Shown here in pieces: positions 12,501 through 24,500 of a stretch of DNA of 64,000 bases (positions are counted from its first letter, which is position 1; each line of letters starts with the position of its first letter). Source of the DNA: Phoronis australis (taxonomy: Eukaryota > Animalia > Phoronida); the NCBI GenBank assembly GCA_002633005.1, contig NMRA01000521.1:7446-71445 (forward strand), given 5' to 3'. The notes beneath the pieces are model-generated. The model searched no databases and was not told the origin of the DNA. It worked only from the letters and a program-made list of their open reading frames with translations. A program made the translations under genes and the position numbers.

Positions 12501-15500
12501 TTTATTTAAATATAATTTGATAAGGATTTTCATTTTGTGAAATATATATGCCAAAGCACTGAAGCATTGGGTAATAGCAACAGGGAATAATCGGAATATT
12601 CCCAGAACAGTTGTGCAGCAGCTCGTCGTTTTAGCTTCGATGAATTTCTTAGTTTTCTAGGTCTATTTTCAGTTGTGTCTTAGCTTCTGGACTGTAAATA
12701 GCAACAGAAACGCTTTCCCTTGTTGATCGCAGCATTGGAAAATAACAGTGAAAACTGTGGTGATTTGGAGAACTTAAGGTAAGGACCGTGTCGCAAAAAG
12801 CAGATTTTACGCTACTGCCGGCAGCGATGTAGAGTGGAGGAACGCCTCGAGCAGACGATTGTCTCTTTAAAAAACGCTTACTCGATAATAGGCTGCAATT
12901 TCCTGTAACGACTTTAACTGTCAGTGTAGATATACTGTATGCATCCACAACGAAACGTTTTCGCTGGATTTGAATTAGATTTTTAGTTGATTTTGGTGGC
13001 CGGGAAACCGATTTAGCTTGACATATAGTGTATTTGTGATAACCCAGATTGAAACTTCAGCGAGGCCCAAAAATAGCCACCTGATCGCCGTGCGTCAGAA
13101 TTTTCATCAGTAAATCTTTTCTGCTTTTGGAGCAGTAACATACTGGATACGAAGCGACATAAACAGTAGAATACACGTTTCAATAGGCTTGTGGGCTTCC
13201 TAGCTGCCGTGTGTTGCGTTCACACTCTCTGCTTGTACACCACTTTTCCCTCTGTCACGTGCATTTCACTCTTTATTGCTCTTAGTATACATGCAAATTC
13301 ATTCTACTTATTGCCTGATGATGAGACTCTCAGTCTAGAAATATAGCTAGTGTTTTTAAAACAAATTAAAATTTGTTTGTTTGTTATGTCTCTCGTGTTT
13401 TGCTACATAGCTGCACTACTGAAAAAAGGAGATTGTTTCAACACTACGAGCTTTCAAACAAAATTTTAGTAGTGTTGTCAACAACGTTTGTGTAAACCAA
13501 GGGCTGCTCACCGAACTACACTGTATACCAATCTGACAATAGAGAAACCACAAATACTGACAAAAAGTGGGCAGGCAATTTACATAAACAAAGCAGGTAT
13601 GATCAAGATCATACAAACAATACATAAAATCAGAGAAAATCATCAGCAGTCGTGTTTAAAGGTGAAGGCAACCTTTTCTATGTCATTTTTAGCAAAACTA
13701 AGGCTCCTTGATTATCCCAGACATATTTTTCACCTATTGTGACGTTTCGGGAGACAAGAATTTCGCGCCAATTTCTTTTCATATAGTCTGACTGAGAGAG
13801 CAGTCGAGACAGTCATTGTTCTACCTCGGTTGTGATAAGTTCGGTCGTCGTTTGCTTTTGCTTACGAGACAGTCAACATGGCACGCTGTTGCTGCGTACT
13901 AGGGTGTACTCATCGTCTCACGTACAGAGGAAGAACTGTCTCACTTGCCCGAGTGTCCCGCGACACACTCCCAATGGAGGGTGATCTGAGCACCCAAACT
14001 GCTTACATCCCGCCGTGTGACTCCCTCGCCACACACCTGGCACCTTCTAAATAGCTCCAATACAAGTCCACAATAAACTTATCAAACTTAGGCTCACCGA
14101 TCTGTTTATTGGATGACGAACTGTCCTCTTCACTGGGTGTCGAACTGGGCCTGTATTCACTCCCACTACTCAACATCGCTACAGGGCTGCTTACAGGCTC
14201 TGGGCTAAAGACAACAGCACAGGGCAAATCACTGCTAGTTCCCGGAATTGCACGCAATAGGGGTACGTCCGGAGGCACGGGTGACAGTAGATGAAGAGCA
14301 TCCAGTCACTGTATATAGTGGCCACAGCTCGCGAGGCTTCTCGCTTCAAAAACGCACTTCTTGGGGTTTGGCGACGGGGCACTGCCGGGAATCAACAGCA
14401 ACGGTATGGTACCCTTCTTCAGGCGTTGTTTGGCAGGGATCTTCATCAATTCAGCGTACATATCTCTGTCGTAATCTGACGGCAGAAAATGTTTGCCACA
14501 CACTCGGTAACCCTCCACTTTGTACGTTGCGTGGACGAGTAGCGCTGCGTTCTTCACATGAACGAGCTAGCCAAGTACGGCGAAGTGCGTCATCCTTCGG
14601 AAAGCGACGCAAGGTACCCAAAGCGCGTGTGAGACGATAATGAGTACATCCCAGCACGCAGCAACAACGTGCCATGCTGACTGACTTATCATAACCGAGG
14701 TAGAACGATGACTGACTCTACAGCTCTCACAGTCAGACTATAACGAAAAGAAATTGGCGCGAAACTCTTGCCTCCCAAAACGTCACTTCCGGAGTTGAGG
14801 ACGAGAAATTAATCAAATTACGAAAAGCTGTAATCAAGTGAAAAATGTGTCTGGGCTAATCAACGAACCATATTTTTGCTAAAAGTGACATGAAAAAAGG
14901 TTGCCTTCGCCTTAAAAAAACTCCTGCTGATCCATCGGTCTTGGTCGATACGCGGAATAAGTCTCGTGGGATATTACTTCCTCTGCGCCACTCTCCGTAC
15001 GTTTTGTGTATGTATACAATGGGCTGTTGACCTACTTCCTACTGGCTCCACCTTCTGACCTAGTTGACTCAAGGTACATGGAACATCACGTATAATATTA
15101 AAAACTTTTAGTGATAACTAAGTTAATTACGAACTACAGACTCAGTTGACATTGCGAGTGAATGGTGAAATAAAGAACATGTTTAAAGGGTCATCTGCCA
15201 GAGTCAGCTTAAACTTTGTGTATGTGATCATGGTGTGACTCTGATACAAAAATCACCAATTTTGCACTTATTGACCATTTAAAATTTTTACCTGTAGGCC
15301 TTCGAAGGCTTACGAAGAAAATGACAGGTTTTTGTATGCCGAAAACAGCAATTTTCCCATATAAAACAGGTAGATTGCATGCAATGAGAGAAGTCACATG
15401 GTGGGATTATTAAGTAGGGCATGAAGATTACCGAATAAAATTGTTACCAATGTTTTCGCTGCATTCATCACGTGACAGGGTAGGTAAATCCGTAAGCACT

Positions 15501-18500
15501 TTTCGGTAGTGTTGAAAGTGGGTGTCAGTCAAGTGCTTCTACAAGCCATTTTGCGGGGCTGTAGACATTAAAATTTATGTTTTTGGATAGATTTTGGATA
15601 TGGGAACAAATAAAAAATTCTCTGGAATGGGCTGTTCTAAAAATTAACCAATGTTGCGTATTCTACATTTTTTAAAGGACTGTTTTTGTATCTGCGTTAC
15701 ATTTAAAATGGTTTCAAGAAAGACAATCAAAAGGAATCAACATTTTAGGGACCATAATGCTGTCTGACATATCCATATTGTATTTTCACAGATTGGGCGT
15801 TCATAACTAGTGACCCTGTCAAGTGCGAAGCTTGAAGAAAGGAACCTCGTGTGTTTCAGGCCACTTCCATAGTATATCAAGCGGTTGGTCTACAGCAACT
15901 ACTGGTGTTTGCCCCCAAATCAATTTGCCTGTTGATTGCTTGATGATACTCAAAGCATGCTTCATCATGGACACTGTTGCTGCCTTTCTCATTGAGAAGA
16001 GGTAAAAGCGCAGACACTCCTTGCTGACTTGGTGATTCAGTCTGTTCATCGGCATGGTAAGCAGCCAAGAAGCGTTGTCACCACCACCTGTGACATCATT
16101 GCTGTCTGATAACTAGACAAGGTCAAGGGGAGATAACATGGACACTGTCTATACAAATGTTGCCTTATGGGAGAAAAATATGACCCACAGCACATTTCAA
16201 ATAGGAAGGGCTGTAAATACCTTCGGAGCGTCACGCTTTAGCCCGGTGTATAACATTTTTCTGCCAGAATTAGCTACCAGCCGTAGCAACAAAATTAAGG
16301 ATTAAAACATTAATAAATGACCCTAAAACACAGGCGAGCTATATGTGCAAGGAATAGTTGTCAATATACGTTCAAAAATACATTTTTCGCTGCCAACAGG
16401 AGCATATTAACTCGTTGCATGTGCAAGGAATAGTTGTCAATAAACGTTCAAAAATACATTTTTCGCTGCCAACAGGAGCATATTAACTCGTTGCATGTGC
16501 TTCTCACACCACCAGGGATCGCGAATACCATTGAAACTTTGCTAAAAAATCTACACTAACATTGACCACTCACACTTCGGGAAACTGAAATGATCACGAA
16601 GCGTTGTAAACGAGTCCAATTCCGAGAAATTTTATAGCTGGGCCCTTGAATTACAACATGACACTCGTGCACAGACAAAATTGAAAGCTTAACGTGATGT
16701 GTCTATGCAGGTTTTCTGGAGACGCAATCAAACGTAAACTTTAAGAATTTGTAAACTCATAAGCATCTCCCGCTGTTGCAACTATCAGGCGCGCATTCTG
16801 TAGACACGACAACCAGGCGAAAACGCAAGATAAAAAAAATCACAAAATACCGCCATCTATTAGAAACGAAGCACGCGCTCACCCTATTTTCCTCAGGCAG
16901 AGCATTTCGTCTACGGAACTCAATCTTGGGCTGCGTTTCGAATTGCATGATACTCGCACCGCAGTTGTAGATGCTCATAACATGTATGGATAACAGACCT
17001 TACTTGTCTCCCACAATCCTGTCTCATGAACCAATCAGTTCATTTGCGGTTCACAATAGTGCTGAAGGTATTTAGCATACTCGCTTAACACGTCAACTTT
17101 CATACACGAAATCGTTTTAAAGAAAAGTCAGTAGTCAGATGTATTCAAAAAAAAAACGTGCGCAAAGGGTCGAACGGGAAAATTCGATTAAGTGGAGAAG
17201 GGTAACGATTTCAATTTTTTGTTTTAGTAACGGGCCATGATCTACACAATTGACAGGGAGGCTTGTCAATGATTCGCGTTTTGGTTAGTAGTTGGTGTTT
17301 TAAATTCTGCTCCCCGATTCTAGCACTAGACTTTCCGCGCTATTTTAGTTGTTTCAACTCGCGTTTGATGGTCATTGATTCAATCGAAGGTGAGTGACTC
17401 ATTTTCTTCCCAAGCCTGAATTAATTTGAACAAAAAAGCTTACGGAACAACTGGTCGACATAAGCAACGTTCAGTCCAACCTGGCGGCTGTTAATGGAAG
17501 TAACTCGGACAATATAACTGCTCTGACCGTCCAATCCAGTTATGGTTTCGGTACTTGTGAAAGTGGTGCCCAAATCGTCGATATTCGCTTTCCAGAGGCT
17601 ACAAAACATCAATGTTGAGATACTTAATGTGGCCTCTCAGGCTAACGACTATGAACACGCTGTCGGTTGCAATAAGCACAGTCAATTTGATTTGGATCAC
17701 CCACCGGTACGAAATGGTTATCAAAGTTTTCCTTTGTCAAATAGATGTTCTTTTAGAGTTTGGAAAGAGTCTAGTTCGATACTGCTTGTGATCATGAAAG
17801 AGACTTAAGGTAACTTTGAACCTTGTTTACCAGGTTGTACTTACACTCAAGTATCTAAAATCCTGTTCGCTCCAATCCCTACATAGTGTATTTTTGAAAG
17901 GTGAATAAAAAACACAAATTTATTATTCATATCTACTTACTTTTATTAGATACGCCATTTTTAATCATTTTTTTTACTTTGAACAGAGTTTAAAAATATT
18001 GTTCCTCCAATCTTATTGGTCTTTTAGCAACCTGACGACAACGACATTGTTCGAGTGAACCGTGTCTCAGATGTCTGATATAGGCCCCAGTTTTTCGGAA
18101 CGAAGCCTTCAAAAATTAATATTACGGCCGCTTTTGCTCAAAATGCTCTGAAAAGTTGATAATTAAAAAACACCCAATTCAAAAACCTGAGTCACGTTTC
18201 CATCGAAAATGTCATATTGAACATGGTGACAAAAGACCAAAATGATTGGAGGAACAATACTATTTAAAGATAGCTTCAAATACAAATATCTGTGGGATCA
18301 TTCAATTCAATTCACAAAAGTATTTTTCTGACGTCATAGTCCTAAGCAGGAATCGCAACAGTGTTTTATAAAAAAACGTCATCATAGGTGCAGATCGTAC
18401 ACGTATTTTTATAGTTGTCTAATTTGTCTGACTAAACTAAAACCCAGGAATAACTCTGGCAAGAACATATATTTACAATTTTAGATGTAAATTGCTCTAT

Positions 18501-21500
18501 TTCAAGTAAACCTAAAATCTGTTGACTTACGTGAAATTTGAATCAGTTGTTTTCTTGAATGCTATGTTGAAGTTTTGCCTGAAGCCACCATCTTGTCCCG
18601 CCTTCCACGAAAAGACAGCTTCTGTGCCGTCCCATTGAGAAGACGATATAGTGGGGGACGAAGGGGGTCCTATACAATGGAATCATGTGTAAGTACATGT
18701 ACGATTGAAGGTGACAAGCAACTATACAGTAGTCAATAATCAAAACAATAGCGTCACAGCCCTATCTCAGTCAAAGCGTAAGATTCCGCTTCAGTCGTTA
18801 ACTACCATTGATTTGTTCAGTGGAAATGTTTTTATCCCATACGCTTTGAATCTTTAGAGGGAAATACGGCCTTGTAATAATGTTTTACGCATTCACTTCC
18901 CACATTACAACCTCTGACATGGAAAGTTCAAATTGTAGGGCAATGTCGACTCGACTTCGTTAGCTGGTTACATCATCAAATTTTCGGAAAAAAGCTTAAG
19001 TAATACAATCGTAGCAGTGTAAATAACAACATGCGGTCAGGTCTCAGTCGTAACATTTGGAACAGGACTGCTAATTATATGACAGTTCTGTCACAGTTTT
19101 CATTTGCTAAATATTCGTTTGCAACTCAGGCGCCGTTTACTCGGTAACGACAATATCAAACATTGTTTATTGTTAACTATTTTCAGGCGATGTTAAAGTT
19201 CAGTGCAAAGTTACCGTTGTTTCCATCTTTGTCATCTCTTTTCAGATAATAATTAGTTACATTTGAAACTATTTCTTTTACTAGATAAAACTTGCAACCT
19301 AACACGCAAGTACATACATATAGGATGTGGCCCGCCACGTAAACAGTCTGAGTGAATTATTTAAAAAATCTTCCGAAAAAAATTAAAGAAACTTAATAGG
19401 AATTCGAAACGTATGGGAAGTAACGTAGAAAATAAAATCCGAATTAAAAGAGGAGATCCAGATCCTCTAAAGGATACACTTTTGTGTCGAAAAGTAGAAT
19501 AAATATATGTAAATAAATCAACAAAAACGGATCACTGAAATTTTAGGATATCATAACATCCTTCGTCAACAGAAACAGAAATAAAGTAAAATCAAACACT
19601 ATATGACAATTGCCATCTGATATATGGCGTTATGAACATGATACATTGTTGCGGAAAAAGTAAAGGATATAATTTAAGAAGTCTTTATGTTCAAGCCATT
19701 AGGTTCAAGTGTGTTAAGCTTATTTATAAAAAATTGTTCTCTTTTGAGTCTGTGAGGGATACTGGAGGTATTGTAGTTTCTCTATTATTTGTACAGAAAG
19801 ATCTTGCAGATTATGTTTTTCGTAATTGAAATTATTACCTATAGTATCAGAACTATTTTTATGTATTATGTTAAATCTATGATTATGAAACCGAGTTTGT
19901 AGATTATGTTGAGTTTGTCCTACACATCGAATGGTACATTTTCTACATGTTATTAGGTAAATGATATTGTGGGTAGTGCAATCAGAATAATGTTTTATTT
20001 CGAAGTGTTCATTGGTTTGAGAAGACTGGAAGGAAGTTGATAAAGTTACACATTTTGCATCTAGATTTGTTGCACTGTTTGTTGCCAATAGGTTTGTCAC
20101 TTTGGTTTTTATAGTCCAAATTTGCTCTAACTAAATATTTTTTAAGCTTTTACATTTTCTCCAAGAAATTATATTAGGATGAGGAAATAGGTTTTTCATT
20201 TGGGGGAAAATATGCAGAGTGGAACGATGATTTCTGAAAACGTGGCTAATTCCGTTTAAACATGGATTGAACATGGTTATGAAAGGTATTTTATTAATAG
20301 TATTATCTTTCGCTCTTGTTCTTAAAGATTCATTTCTTGTGATTGAGCAGACTTTGTCAAACAGTTTGTGTATAAGATGTAAGGGGAAATGACGTCGAAG
20401 TAAGTAATGTTTGAGCTCTCTTAAATGGTTATTAAAGGCAGTTTCTTCCGAACAAATGCGACGAATTCTAAGTGCAAGACTATATGGAAGGCCTCTCTTA
20501 CAATGAAATGGGTGACATGAGTGATATGACAGATATTGGTGCTTGTCAGTTTCTTTACAGAATAAGTCCGTCTCTAGTTTATCATTACTAAGGACGACAG
20601 TGACATCTATAAATAAAATTTCGCTTTGAGAAATGATGTGGGTGAACTTTAATGTGGTATGAAATTTGGTAATATTTTCTACAAATACAGATACTTTTTG
20701 TGGTCTATGGGCCCAGATCATAAAAATGCCATCAGTGTACCTCAGCCAGAGAGGAGGTTTTTCAGAACAAGATTTGATGAAGTTATTTTCCAGATTTCCC
20801 ATAGAAAGGTTTGCAAAAGCAGGGCAACTATAGTGCCCATAGCTGTATCTATTATTTGGAGATAATGTTTATTATTGAAGGTGTTGTAATTCATGTTAAG
20901 TACACTGTTCAAAGACAGCGAATCAAAGATGTAGTTACATTGGGATTACTACAAAGTCCGCTCAATCACAAGCAATGAATCTTTAAAGCCAACCTTCAAC
21001 GGAATTTTGTTATTATATATGCATTGGGCTAACCAGATAGTCCTACACTGTAGCAAAGCCTTAGTAAAATAAGACAACGCGAGTTTAAACAAGCAAATGC
21101 AAGCCTTTCATTATAGGTGAACCTGCCTTTTCGTGCCACGTTGCGTCAATGCGAGATTCCAGCACAACCAACAAAAGGCCGATAACAGTTGTAGTGAATA
21201 GGGGTCTGAATAGAACACCACTGCGTGCTGGTGTTATTCGCAGCTGTTTGAATGAAAAGGTGATTCTCGCAGTGACGTTGAGAAAAGCAGTTCGTTACAT
21301 TTGGCAATTAATGGCACTAGTTGGTTCAGAGCGATGCTCTTAATATACTATAGGAACCAAAGTTACAGGTGTTACCGTTGAAGATAGGCTTTAAGAACAA
21401 AAACGAAAGATAATGATATTAATAGAATGCCATTCATAACCATGTTCAATCCATGTTTAAACGGAATTAGCCACGTCTTCAGAAGGCATCTTTCCACTCT

Positions 21501-24500
21501 GCATATTTCCCCTCAAATGAGAAACCTATTTCCTCATCCACCTATAATTTCTTGGAGAAAATGTAGAAGCTTAAAAAATATTTCGTTAGAGCAAATATGG
21601 ATCACAGGCGCTCGAATTTCCCGGTGACTCATAACCATATATAAGAAACATAAAGGTTGGACACTAAAACTTTGCCGAGCCGAGACCCCCAACTTCAACT
21701 GTCCCAAATCCAAATAAAATCTACTTGCATCTCCCTCACACTGGTATTGCATAAACCTTCGAAGCCTTATCTTTCCTTGATCCCATTAAATTATCCCTGT
21801 GAGTGGTGAATCGGTTACGAAAATTTCGAAACAAACTCAAAACTCTGAATGCAAGGACCTAAAATAGTTAAGATGGCGGATTTCAATTGTGCTTTAACTT
21901 GTGTGTCTGTCAAAGATAAAATTTCGAGTTTAAACACGCAACCACTATGTCAAAGTCAAGAAATTTATCCCCAATTTCAATGATTGAGTTACTAAAAATT
22001 CTTTCATTTCTGTGTAATGTATTTCTCCTTATAGCTCATTTTATCACTTGACGTAGAATTCAATTGCAAGAACGGGCGTATCTTGTGTTTGATCTTGACA
22101 TTATGTGCTCTTCTTTGTTGAAGCATAACGAAAGCTCGGATTTTGGCGGAAATTTCCGATGTTTTACCGTAATTGCCGGATTTTACAGTAGGTAAGCAGT
22201 AGCCAGAAGCCCTGGCACTTCAATTATAAACAACCCTTCTTCATAACCAGTGTTTAACTACATTGAAACTGGTGCTAAATTATGTGGAGAGCACTCAAAT
22301 AACATTCGTGGGCGTGCGAAAACAGAGTTTTGGAATTGCTTCGGGAGCGTCCGCCAAAAACCCGGATGCTCGAAAGTTGTCTGCCATCATGAATGTCTAC
22401 GTCACGAAATAAGGTCCTTGAATTTGAGATTTTGGCCTTCATTCGTCATTTTTGTCGTCAAATCAGCACTCGAAGGCAATTTGAAGTGATCAAGTGAAGG
22501 AAGGTATTCAAATATTTGTTCGGTGCGGGTACCATAGAGTTCCATGCACATTTGAGTAGAAAATTCTGAGCAAACAGATTTTGAGTGTCCAACCTTTATG
22601 TTTTCTTAGTAGTGAGTGACGTCAGTCGTGATTGAGAAACAGATACACTCAAGCGCCTGTGTCATGGACTGTAAAACCAAACTGACAAACCTATTGGCAA
22701 CACACAATGTAACAAATCTAGGTGCAACAATGTTTTATTTTATGTTCATTAAGCCATAAAGACCTAATTCACGCCGACAGAAGACACGTTTCAAAACGAG
22801 GCTCGCTACGATACCTCAGTTGGCTTTTCGGCGTCGTTGTATGCCACGTTGGTTGAACGGCTGGAAAAATACGGACATTCAATTGTGTGTTTTACGATTT
22901 CTAAGGACGCTGAAATTCGGAAGCGTTGGGTCGCATGCTATATGCAGCGACGAAAGAAAATAGGTCCTTGTAAACTTTATAAATATTTAGTTCAAAAAGT
23001 TACAGAGAGATCATATTTTGTCGCATCTTGGTTAACAACCGGAGAATATTCGGCCAGCCAGGCTGTGTTTTCATGACTACAGGTTGAAAGATGATGCAAT
23101 TTTCTTTCCAAAAAGGACAAGGACCTCAATCCCTCGATTTTGGGGCCGAATATCGGACCTATTTCACTCTCAAAAGTATTGAAAAGGCCCACGAAATTCC
23201 CTCCGCGAGGCCTAAAAATTCCCCTAAGGATTTAAAAGTTCTCTCCGAAGTTTAAATCATCTGTAACCACACAGGTGACAATTTGAAAGAGCACAAAATG
23301 CTACTTGAGGCAGAGACCATGAGAGGAGGTAGATTTTTCCTCTTACTCAGCGAAAAATTCCCTTTCAGAACTGGAAAGCACAGGCACTTCGCAGGCGGCG
23401 TAGGACTGAAAAAAGTGGGGGGTTATCGCCCCCCCCCAGCCCACTATGATGCGCTGCCCATGCAATTTTCCCTTTTCATGAACGAGGCATCTGAAGAAAC
23501 ATGATAACTATGCTTACTCTGTCCAGTTAACTGAAATTGAGCTCTAAAACAAGGTTATGCTTTGGACGAACAAAATAGGTGTTTTAATTTTAAAATTCAA
23601 CTTGGTCCAGGTTTGATATTTGGAACCTATAACACATGAAATAGAGGTAAGAATTATTAAAACCAAGAAAGCAGAATTTATGGTCAAATAATTATTTTGA
23701 ATGTGTGCAAGGGAGTGAATGAGAACCTGAATATAATGCGAAAGCGATTTCTGGGGCTGTACTCGTTTTTAATTTTCTTTCAAAATTTAATAAATGGTCA
23801 AATTAATTTTTACTTTCAAGTACGAGCCTGGTTTTTTATTTTAATAAATAATTTATTTAATAACATCGGTTATTCTTTCAGATCAATAACAAATCAACTG
23901 TTAGTCCCTACCTCACTAGGGCCTAGGCTATTCTTGATGTTAATATTCTTTATCAACAAATTAAACCAATTAAACTAATTGCACATGACTGCAAAATGCT
24001 ATGAGCCACCACTGTCGAAAATATCTTCAACTCTTCAACAGTACAAACAGATGATCTGATTCGTGTAGAAAACATTTTATCAGCAATTTACAAGAAGAAA
24101 CGCAACCATGCATTCAGCATAATACCTAATCCGTAACACTACGATCGCCGCAGTTAGGTAATATTTACTTTTCATGTTTCGAACCTAGTTTTCCGAAAAC
24201 AAAATTTATACCCTTCAGTCAGACAACTCTTTGGTGCATCGACTTGTTCTCTAAAGTATGTTTAAGATTTTAATACCCAGGTTGGACTCAAAAGACCGGC
24301 CATTTGACTCGCGCAATGTCAACTTCCGCTTTGTTTATCGCACCGAGCCTCGCTTTGGATTTTAATGTCCGCCGCGTGAGTTAGGTCTATATCAGATGCC
24401 AATTGTCATATAGTGTTTGATTATACTTTACTTCTGTTTCTGTTGACGAATAATGCTCTTATATCCGAAAATTTCAGTGTTCCATTTTGCTGTTTTATTT

